DNA of 64,000 bases from NCBI GenBank assembly GCA_030704615.1, contig CM060734.1, positions 32,426,001-32,490,000 on the forward strand. Reading direction: 5' to 3'. The notes below the pieces were generated by a model. It did not search any database and was not told where the DNA came from. It was given only the letters and a program-made list of their open reading frames with translations. Shown piece by piece: positions 13,001 to 22,997 of this stretch. A program made the translations under genes and the position numbers. Position 1 is the stretch's first letter; each line of letters starts with the position of its first letter. The stretch is from Takakia lepidozioides. Lineage: Eukaryota > Plantae > Bryophyta.

Positions 13001-14040
13001 ATGGCTCTGAACCCATTCTATCTAGAATGGGTCTACACTCCCACCCCAAATGTGCTATGAAACATTCCTCACTAATTAAATTCTCCTCTTCATCGCAGAC
13101 CCGTCTATTTGAGGCCGTCTGTCTCGTGAGGGTACATCCACCGTCCACTCCCACCACAGTGGTGGAGTTCGAGCTTCATGGGGGAGGATGTTTCATAAAC
13201 GAGAGGTTCAATCCTATCGTCGACGACATGCACTACAACTATGTCGACTCCAACGTATGTTTGCGAAAGCCAAATGGAACGTCTTGGAGACCTCGGCCTG
13301 TGAGAAAGCCCAGCTTTTATCCACATGATCATTGAGACTTGTTCTCGGCCAGGGGCCCGCATCATAGATCTCACTCTCGGCACAAGTTTCTCTTCTAGCC
13401 TTTGTCATCGATTTCTTTTCTTATGCACCTTCTTTACTCAATATTCTAATATTCTAATTCCTTCATTCTCTCTCTTACAGGCGCTTCTTACCATGCTTGC
13501 AAGGCAGGTGGCAGGCACTTGGAATGGAAGGAGATGCGGATATTTTCACTGGCCTCCTCGCCGAGTTGCAAGGGGATACGTCTCTGTGCATATGCTCTGT
13601 CGCGTCCCCTTCTGTTGTCTGATTGTTACCCAAATGGTGCATTTTTGATTGCAGGAATCTGAACGCTCTCCCGTGGCCCCTGTCCTCCATATATTTGAGG
13701 GACTTGTGCTGGAGCCCACTTCCTAATTATGTCCTTCCCGACTACGCAGAAGGCATTGCTCGTGTGCAAGCAGCTGTGCTTTCTCCCCCACCCTTGCGTC
13801 GGAGTTCCAAGAAGACGCTCAGGCACCTCCGCGCAAAGGTCTTCATAAATGATAGTGCATCAGTCTCAGGTGGTAGCAGTACTTCTGGCAGTGCAGCAGA
13901 TTCAGGTGGTAGTAGTAGTTGTAGCAGTGTTGACCCACCTACGGGTGTACTTGAGGGCATTCATTTATGGAATATGAGGGGACACACTCTCCGTTTTCCG
14001 TTGCACCACCATTTGTCTTCCCACCATCCGTTGTAATGAG
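10090..14040 (+). pseudogene. Spliced pseudogene: ParB/Srx-like N-terminal domain, linker, and beta-class N4C/N6A DNA methyltransferase (N6_N4_Mtase-like)
   Basis: GT..AG introns join the pieces in frame (10284-10391, 10585-10665, about 11107-11223, about 12397-12510, 12869-13098, 13386-13480). Motifs in order: FHIWDDNHR (10132-10149); CELVNDGFLAMM; EMVIVDIPDG (DPPY-like motif IV, 12596-12610); YWSWVFSFCKFFLSDVGVLVII; LFEAVCLVR; MIIETCSRPGARIIDLTLGT (motif X/I); ASYHACKAGGRH.GMEGD (motif II). In-frame TGA/TAG stops and at least two frameshifts. Confidence 0.75.
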
Positions 14041-14214
14041 TACGGACTACAATGAAATTCACATCCCTGAATTGAAACATTCTCGCCATTGCGTCCTACG
14101 AATTTGAAAGTGTTTTCCTTTGCAACATTGCTCTCCAATTCAACCGTGTGCATTCCATAAAAGTTATTCAACAGAGATGAATATGTGGATAGTCAAGTAG
14201 ACAGTCATTCGACA

Positions 14215-14558
14215 TATGACATTACACCAATGGTTGGATGGATGGAGGATGAATATTTTTGGATGGATGAAGCCTGAATGGATGTGCATTGTGGATGAAT
14301 GTTGCATGCATGGATGGTCCCATGGATGATGTTAGTGTGCAGTATCATGCACAGGGGCGGGATGGCGAGGTTCAGTGTCGGGGTTGAGGTGGGTCCCTAA
14401 GGCTGACAAGGGTTGGGGTTTCTGTTTGGGGTTGCAGGGTTAATATGGATGAAGACGTGTTTCCGTGGTAATGGATCCTCTTCCATGGAAATAGAGCCGC
14501 ATCTTCCCCAAATTCATGCCACGTGTCCTGGGCTCACGTGGTTAGGCTCACACTCTAG
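14215..14558. mobile_element. Putative transposon terminus: TGGATG subterminal repeats, a CCACGTG hairpin and a ...CACACTCTA(G) end abutting LINE sequence
   Basis: About 10 tggatg motifs at 14230-14330, ccacgtg-tcctgggct-cacgtgg at about 14518-14541, then an abrupt switch to LINE endonuclease coding sequence after 14558. Confidence 0.45.
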
Positions 14559-16055
14559 CATCCCCCATCTTGATGAAATGGACCGTTGGCTCTCTTGCAT
14601 CCAATCTCACAGTCTCACTGAGGTGGTCCCCTCTCGCAACATAGCTCCAACCTTTCTTTCACCTGGACAAACAATAGAGCCTTAGAAGACCTCAGAATGG
14701 CCCGTTTGGACAGAGCATATGTCTCGCTCAATCGGTTGCAATGGTCAAAAAAAGATATTCAGCAGCCAATTCCCCTTGGCTTTGATCATGCTCCCATATC
14801 CCTATTGGTCACAATCCCATCAGCACAAAGAAGGGGCATGGGTCTATACAGGCTGAATAGCTTGATCCTTAAGCTCCCGATGGTCAAACAAGAATCCAAC
14901 AGGAAGGGCTACAGAGCTCTCTCTAACTTCCAAAGCCTAAAAGATAAGTGGGAAGCCAGATGGGAGCTATATGGTTTTCGCAACGAAAACTGGTCGGTCA
15001 TCTGGAATTCGATATGGATCAAATCTCATCCTGCCAAGATTGCAGCTTTCCTATGGCAGATAGTTAACAGGGTGCTAAAAGTGGGGGAATGGCTTCAGTT
15101 CCAGACAACCCTCCTTTGCAACTTTGTATAGCCAATATCATGGAGTCATTGGAGCACTGCCTCCTCCATTGTCATGGCCTTGCCAAGGTCTGGCCTCTGG
15201 TCAAGGTATTTTATGCCCACTGGGACAACAAAAGCCTTCTATCTCTACATCTTCTCCTTAACTATGATCAGAGATCCAAGACAAGAGCTGTCAACTGCCC
15301 GGTTTTTGAGACCCTAAGAAGCTAGGCCCTGTGGCACTTATAGAAAGCCCGTTGCAAGAGATCATTCTCAGGGGGAACAACTACCATCTCCTCCCTTCTC
15401 TAATGTGTTCCATGATCTCGGGGTGGAGTCAAGAAAGGCTTGATCTAAAACCTGTGCAGATATTGGGCGAAATTCGGGGAGCGCAGCAGCCATTCATGCT
15501 AGGTTTCAGAGCACCTGGGGCAAGCACGGCCTTATCTGCTTCTCCACTGAGCAGGACACTTGCCACTGGGCCGAGCTCCCTCCCCCTTGCTGGCGAGATC
15601 ATCGAGCAACACTCCACAGTGTCCCCTGAATTCGAACGGGAAGTCAACTGGAAACACCTGAAACCTTCTTCGCCGTCTCTAGGCTTCATTACCATTCGGA
15701 CTCATTGCCTCTCCTAAAGAGGCTCGATACTGGTTTATGTCACTACTGGTCCTCAGGAATACCCCTATCACCTCTCGTAAAAGGTCCTGATGCCCTCCAT
15801 GCTTTTAAAAATCCTTCTTCTTGTATTTCCGCAGTCAACCTTTAATCATCTCTTGGAAACCCCTTAGTCACTTTGGTTGCTAGTTTGGATTGGATTCTGG
15901 ATCAGTATCTCTCCTGGAGAAGTCACGTTCTCTCTTCACCGAAATCGGTGTGTGTGCTTTATGTTGTAACTGGGGTTTTAAATTTTTTCCCCATAATAAT
16001 TCTCAATAAAGCTCTCACAGCTTTCTTTAACCAAAAAACAACAAAAAAAAAAGAA
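14559..16055 (+). mobile_element. Degenerate L1/Tx1-like LINE (endonuclease end joined to C-terminal zinc finger, RT deleted, poly(A) tail)
   Basis: ARLDRAYVS...DHAPISL...YRLNSLIL (APE endonuclease end); WNSIWIKSHPAKIAAFLWQIV...LC...ESLEHCLLHC (zf-RVT); AATAAA at about 16005 and an A-rich tail at 16033-16055. Confidence 0.8.
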
Positions 16056-16139
16056 ATTTATCCTGACCCGGTGGGTATATGATTATTATAATGTATTACC
16101 TGGACCCCGAGGGTATGTCTAAAACCATATACCCGCACA

Positions 16140-16570
16140 ACAGTCCTTCCCTCGGCTCAGTTCTCAGATCGCTAAGACAGGGTTGCCCTTTGGCTCCATT
16201 ACTAGTGTTTCTCCTGTCGGCTAATTATGCTCTTGGTCATTTGATGGAGACAGCACGGATTTTGTTTGTCTTTGAATTCCTACATATTTACTTTGGGCGC
16301 TCAACTCCTAATCCATTAGGCTAAACTTGTTTCAAATGTCTGTCGATGATACATTGTTGCTATTAGATTACAGTAATACTTCCAAGATTTGAGCCTGCTG
16401 GAGTGGCTTTCCGCAAGTCGGACCAGATCTCTAGAGATGAAAGGTAGATGTACACGGAAAAAGCCCACTGAAGGTTACGTAAACAGTGCGGATTCCTGGC
16501 TCCCCAGATATTTAGGCTAGAGTGGTCAGTTTTGAGATGCAGGCCCACATAATTCAGAGCAAGAGATAGA
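16140..16570 (+). mobile_element. LINE reverse transcriptase fragment
   Basis: RSLRQGCPLAPLL motif, followed by a degenerate xDDTLL (FADD-type) motif at about 16340. Confidence 0.7.
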
Positions 16571-17780
16571 CTGTGCAATTCGTTGCGTGGTATTTTTCAA
16601 TTTTATGGCAGTCATTCTTCAAGTGTAGGTATGTAGTATGTACTATGGACTCTCTCAACGTGTACAGTGCGCAGCCATTCAATTTTGGGCGTACAGTAAG
16701 AGTTATCCTAGCTCTCAGCCCACGCGCTTACGGAACCAATCTCACCATTTCTCGTACAAGTTGGAGATCCGTTCATAATAATTTTCTGGGAGAAGATTTG
16801 CACACAAGAAAAGGTTAGTAACGCAATCTGACCTGTTTGTGTGCATCTTAGCACGAAATACTATGGACAACTCTCTCTGCGTTTTCTTCTACAGCAATAC
16901 GTAGCTACCTCTCAGCCTTCTTGCCAAGGTAAGCGTTTTACTCTACCAAATCTGACATTGTGGAGTGTGGCTCGGTGATAAGCAAAACAATGACACTCTG
17001 AGTGCTGTTCGATAGCCAACAAAAGTGGATGAGGAAGAAAAGCCAAAAGAGGTGTATTTCTGAGAAGTACAATAATACGCTTAGGCCGCACATGCGGACC
17101 TCATTTTTTGTTCTAAATCAAGCTTTTTGGTTCGAAACAGGGGGTGGGTTGGTTGGATTAGTACGCAAATCTAAACATCGAGCACAAAACTCATTCATTT
17201 GTATTTCAACATCCGTTCAAAGCTCATCTCAGGTGTAGATTTCCACTAACTCGACGTTTATGTCGCGTCTTGGCTGTACGAGGCGCGCCCCCTGTCATCA
17301 GGGAAGCTCCTCAATCTCTGTCTCTCTAGATTTAGTTGAAGGGATTTCTGCTGATCGACAGCATCCATGTGGGAGAACGCATTTCTGAATCGTGGGCTGC
17401 TCGTGGCCGGAAATTTTGCGTCTTTGGCTCCGAGGGGCAACAGGATAGATCCACAAACTTGATTTTCTCTCTCTCTCTCTGGAATCAGGAAAAGTGACCG
17501 TCTGATCTGTGACTCTCTTCTTGCGGTATCTTCTGTGTATCATGCATTGAGGAGCTACGGCATCCTAATTTTGTGGCTCCGATGGGGAATAGGAAAGCAA
17601 ATAGGTGAGTCTTGATTGTTCAGTATTATATGCGCGAAGAGCTTGCTACCCGTCCGGCATTGATCTTTCGACTGTTTCACTCCAAGGTTTCACTCTGACC
17701 TAATGTTCAGGTCATGAAGAGAATTCGGTCAAGAGCGTTGAGTGAAGTAATGTAAGGGTAGGAGCTGCTGCAGACAAAAT

Positions 17781-20700
17781 ATGGAGCCCTTATGGAAGCT
17801 AGTGTATTTACTCGAGCCTGCTTCTGTGGTCCTCGTTCTTACCGCGGTGGCAGTGGTTTTCGCCTCAGCGCAGCGGGCATTGAATTACGAGAGAGAAGCG
17901 GAACGACATAGAGATTTTTCGGAATCTTCTATCACCCTAGACAGCTCGCAGGCATTGATGATCCCAGTTGCCAGTTCTTGTAGCCTGCTTCTGATGTTCT
18001 ACCTCTTTGCCTCGGTGTCTCAGTTAGTCACGGGCTTCACAGCAGTGGCGTCAGCTTCGTCTCTTGCATTTTGCATGGCCCCATACGCAAATTACATCAG
18101 TGCACAGATTGGGTTGGTAGACTCCACAGCTGCGACCCGCTGCTGCTGTGGGGCATTCACTCGCACACAAGGGTTATTGGTCATAGCGAGTTGTGGGCTG
18201 GTGGGGGCATGGCTCATCTCTGGTCACTGGCTTTTAAACAACCTGCTGGGGATATCACTCTGCATTGCTTTTGTGAGCCACGTTCGGCTTCCAAACATCA
18301 AGATCTGTGCGTTGCTGCTGATCTGTCTCTTTGTGTATGACATTTTTTGGGTATTCTTCTCGGAGCGATTCTTCGGGGCAAATGTGATGGTATCGGTGGC
18401 GACTCAGCAGGCATCAAACCCTATCCACACGGTTGCAAGCTCTTTGAATCTGCCTGGCCTTTCGCAAGCAATTACGAAAAAATTGGAGCTTCCTGTCAAG
18501 CTAATTTTCCCTAGGAATTTGCTTTGGGGAGGGGTTGCAAGAGGCGCGGGCATCAGGGAGTTCATGATTCTCGGTCTCGGAGACATGGTTTGTATTGGTC
18601 TATCATTCACTTTTGCTTTGTTGTATAACTCCCCCCATAGAAATGTACTCATAAGACGATGTCTGCTGTGGCCTTGTGGCCGAAGACCCTGCGCCCAAAC
18701 TGGGCGACAACAAGAGGGAACAGACAATATCTTTATGAGGGGCTCACTCCAGTTACCTTGATATAAACAATTACTTTGGGCTTTCCAGATTTCCTCTAGA
18801 AAACCCTTCACATCAATCTACTGTGTGTGAGCTTCCCAGCAATTAGACCCAACAGGGCCAGGGCTTTAGTCTCAGCTTCGAGATTTTGACAGTTGGTGAA
18901 CAGAGGTGCAGGGACTATGTTCTTGATGGTCCTTAAGAAGGTCGCTCTCTGATGAGAGTACCCCGGACATTGTATCAGAAAATGGATATTGCCTTCAGGC
19001 CACCCTCACATCGAGCATTGACAATCTCCCTTTCCTCTCTGCATCTGTTTATTGTTCAAAGGTAGACTCCCCGCCCTGAGCTTAAATTTCAGTCTAGTGC
19101 TGAGGGTAGGTAGGCCATTCAAAGGTCCTCACCCATGTCACAAATTGGAAACAAGTTCAGGGAAGTCTTATGCCTAACTTTGTATTGTTCGGACATTCTT
19201 CGTGCTTTCGACATGGCCTCACAAACTTCAGCCTCCAAGTTAGCTTCATCTACTAGGGTCCAAGAAATAGAGTCGATCATCTTAGGGTGTCTGGTGATTC
19301 AACTGACCCCACCATCTGACCTTCAACTCATCTCATCAAGAGCTCAAGGGTGGTATGCCAAACTTCAGCCACATTACCTGTTCTAGAGCACCCCTAGAGA
19401 AAATGTACTCATAAGACGGTGTTAGCCGCAGCCTTGTGGCCATAGAACTTGCGTCTAGTTTGGGCCGAAGAAGAGGGAACAGCCACTACCTTTGTGAGGG
19501 GCTCACTCCTGTAGTGAGACTTACCTTGATATAAACAATTGATCTAGAAATTCCTTCACACAAACATCAACCTGCTTTGTGTGAGCTACCCAACAGGCCA
19601 GGGCTTTATGCACGCTGAGAGAATGTACTCATAAGACTTTGTTTGCCGTAGCCTTGTGGCCATAGACCCCGTGCTCAGTTTGTGCAGAACTAGAGGGAAT
19701 GCTGGGAGAGAGAGAGAGAATGTACTCATCAGACGTTGTTTGCCGTAGCCTTGTGGCCATTTACCCCGTGCCCAGTTTGAGTGGAACACAATGGGACAGA
19801 AACTACCTTTGTCAGTGGCTGACGGCAGTAGTATGACTTACCTTGAAACAAACAATTGATCCGAGTTTTCCAGATATCCTCTAGAAATCCCTTCACACAA
19901 ACATCATGAGCAGAAAAATGTACTCGTGGGACGTTGTTTGCCGTAGTCTTGTGGCCATTGACCCCGTGCCCAGTTTGAGCGGAACACAAAGGGACAGAAA
20001 CTACCTTTGTGAGGGGCTGAGTTGTATGTGGTAGTTGTACCTTTAAGGTCAGCCAAACACTGCCACGCAGAGGAGTGACGATCTTGGCAAGGACTTTGAA
20101 GAGGCAAAAAGCTCAACATACTATCTTAGATTAGGGCTCTCTCTGCCAAATTTTCTTGGTTTCTTCTGTTCAAGAGACGGGTAGTTCAGAGCACCAGAGA
20201 TCTCCGAGATTTTCGTGATATCTCAGAGATTTTCTTGGTAGTCCACCACAACAGGGGTTTTGACCTTCAGCTTTTGCTTGACCATGCCTTCAGAACAGCA
20301 ACTGCATATCTGTATGAACTGGCAAAGTAAAAGGGCACGGGGTTGAAAACATGCAGGCTATTCCCGCGATGCTACTGGCATTGGTTCACTGCTTTGATCA
20401 CCGGAAGGGCAGGGATGAGAGCTCCTCTGCAAGGGGAAAAAAATACATCTGGTTTGCCACGTGTGGATATGCTGCTGGCCTGATTGCAGCCCTCGCCGCC
20501 GGATTATTGACCGGATCACCGCAGCCCGCGCTTCTTTATTTGGTTGGTTTTCTAGCCTTTTGCCCTCTGCACTCCAAGAGATCATTGAATGTAGGAACAT
20601 CCATGAAAGTGGCAACTTTCGATGCCAGTTGCCAGAGTAGAGATCTTAGCCACAGAAACACGATTCTGGCTGTCTGACGCCTTTTGGTTAACACCATTAA

Positions 20701-21531
20701 GTGTTTGGTCATCACCCAATCCATATTGTGCCATAGTGTTAACCCTCATCTTACATCAGCTTCAACAATTGAAGCTGTTTATGAAACAAGTCAGTTACTA
20801 CATGTTTACTAGCCTCCTTGAATACCGCAATGTGATGCATGAGACAGGGTAGAGTGTTTCATTGTCATTTCATTCCCATGTATTTGGCAAATGTCGTCTC
20901 TGGGGGATCAAGAGCTCAGTGCATATGCAGTGTTTCACATAAAGGAAGATGAAAATGTGTATCCACTTTATTACTATGGAAGGTGCTTGTTTCTTTTCTT
21001 GCGGATGTCTGATTCTTGGCCTGGTGTCAAGTATAAGCCATATGGAATTGCCAGGACACGTGAAGATTGTGAACCATCTGAAAAGGAACACCTCTACCTG
21101 CTTTAAGAGTCTCAGTTGGTCACAGCCATTCTAGGCTACCTCTATGAGCACATGAGGGGGCACTTGTCATTGAGGCAGTTTGGTAAGAACTACTCTTCAA
21201 GTTGGCAATCTTATTACTCTTGACATATCTAAATTACTGGCTCTGAACGCTACCCTTTTTTAATTTGAATTTTCCTGCACATTCAGCATGTCCTCTCGAA
21301 GCCAATCTCATGTTGAATGTTGTGTGAAGTTGTCAGTGTATGATCCAGGTAGTTCAGGAGTTGTTTTAAAGACTGATTGCCCCATCCGCTCACCAGTGTG
21401 ACGAAATTGTGCAGGTACCATCAACACTGGGCCCAGTGGCCTCTGTGGCATGGGCACGAAGTGAGCTAGCAGAACTCTGGAATGGACCAAGACCCATTGT
21501 AAATGACAAAACAAGGCTCATGGAGGTCTGA
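17781..21531 (+). CDS. SPPL1: Signal peptide peptidase-like 1 (peptidase A22B); exons 17781-18587, 20357-20542, 21415-21531; 369 aa
   Basis: Catalytic YDIFWVF and LGLGD motifs plus QPALLYL; GT-AG junctions give a continuous frame ending RLMEV*. A 5'UTR intron is likely at about 17604-17710. Confidence 0.93.
18633..20020. repeat. Five diverged copies (100-230 bp) of a repeat in the long SPPL1 intron
   Basis: The unit gaaatgtactcataagacg...gccttgtggcc...gggaacaga...ctttgtgaggggctca...ttaccttgatataaacaatt starts at about 18640, 19400, 19620, 19717 and 19915. Confidence 0.85.
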
Positions 21532-22920
21532 AAGAGTTGGAGAGGTCACATGACATGGGTTCTTATCTGCCATCTTCATAGGACAGATTGGTTGCTGTCG
21601 GGTAGTTGCAAACCCACTCAAAGCTACCTTTTGAGCTTCTGAGGCTATCCTAGTTGGTAGGTTGTCAGATGCTGTTTTCTGATACCTATCCTTTATGTTG
21701 TCTGGGTCCATGCTGCCTCCGTACAGCAGCTTACAAGGAGCAGCAGCAACCCATATGACCGACCAAAGCAATTCCCCATCAACACAAACAAATTTCTACA
21801 CTCAGGGTCCATAGTTCAGTTGCATCTGTTACTCAAAATTTGGTTTACAGGCTTGGTGGATGCATTGGAAGCTAAGACTGCAGATGAGCACTGGTGGTTT
21901 GGTCTCAGAATCTACTACAATTCAGGAACTCGAGGTGCATCTGCAGGTATCATTTGAATCTCGGTAAATAAGCAGCAACCACCTATGGATGCTAGTGTAC
22001 CAGCACTCGCTATTTGGCAAGAGCACATATTGATTGAGTAAATTTGCTACTCTGCATTCCCATACCCTTCCTTTCTTTGTTGACACCTTTCTCTCTTCTG
22101 AGCAGGTAGCCCAGTGGTTGGGTGTTTGTGCCTTGCCTGTGCATAACCTAGGTGATCCTGGGTTGAATCCTTCAACATGTGCCTTCAGACCGTGTCTCTC
22201 TTCATCGGACATTTCCCTAGATAGAGCGGGAAGATTGCTTGGAGAGTCCTTGAAGTTGTATGGAGTGCTCTTGCCAGTGTAGAAAATGCCCGCATCGTAA
22301 GCTCAAGCTGCTTCCTCAGGCATTGCATATGTTCCAAGCCAGATTTTTCGTGTCCTGGGTATGGCTGGGCGGATTTCAGATATGTACTTGTGCAGCTCAG
22401 GACGGTAACGGATTCCTCTGTACTCAACACGCTTCTCCCCCGACTTTTCCATCTAGGACTCGAGCTCACCCTGTCTCTCCTTCCACAGTCTCAAAATTCT
22501 CAAGCGGTGATTGGCCACATCTACACATGGATATGTGACCATATATAATTGTCTAGAGTCCAACCCTTGACACACATTGCAGAAGATAAAGCAGGTTTCG
22601 AGGGAGTTTAGATCTTGGAAGTGTTTAAACAGGATTGGTAAATTGCACGCAAAGTCATGTCGACATAATTTCAAATATTTGAATCTTCGGTACCTATCAA
22701 TTGCTAGGTTCGACGTACTGCGAGTCTGTAGGCTGTGTCAGCTTCAGTCGGACGGACCGACCTAATTGACAAAGAAATGGTCTTGACCCTATTGATACAT
22801 AGGTCTTGCCCTGTGCTAATTAATAATTTCACAGATATCCCACTCTAGTAGCTCCAGAGCTTATTCCAAATGGGTTTGTCGTACTCTCGTCTTGCACAAG
22901 GGGGTTAACCAGTCGTTGAA

Positions 22921-22997
22921 CATCCTCAACCGTGAGGCAAAATACTACAAGGTTTCTTCATCCTCAACCGTGAGGCAAAATACTACAAGGTTTCTTC
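22921..22997. repeat. Perfect 38-bp tandem duplication
   Basis: catcctcaaccgtgaggcaaaatactacaaggtttctt occurs twice in tandem. Confidence 0.9.

Noticed and set aside
14518-14558. Helitron 3' end (hairpin plus CTAG)
   Set aside because: The base after CTAG is C, not the T expected from an A|T target, and no Rep/helicase is in view. A TAG-type TIR fits at least as well, though a Helitron is not fully excluded.
1-14558. Bacterial or phage contamination as the source of the MTase
   Set aside because: The gene has spliceosomal introns and is contiguous with plant TEs and genes.
18588-18761. C-terminus of the 326-aa ORF
   Set aside because: Read-through into the intron after GLGDM; the true protein continues at 20357.
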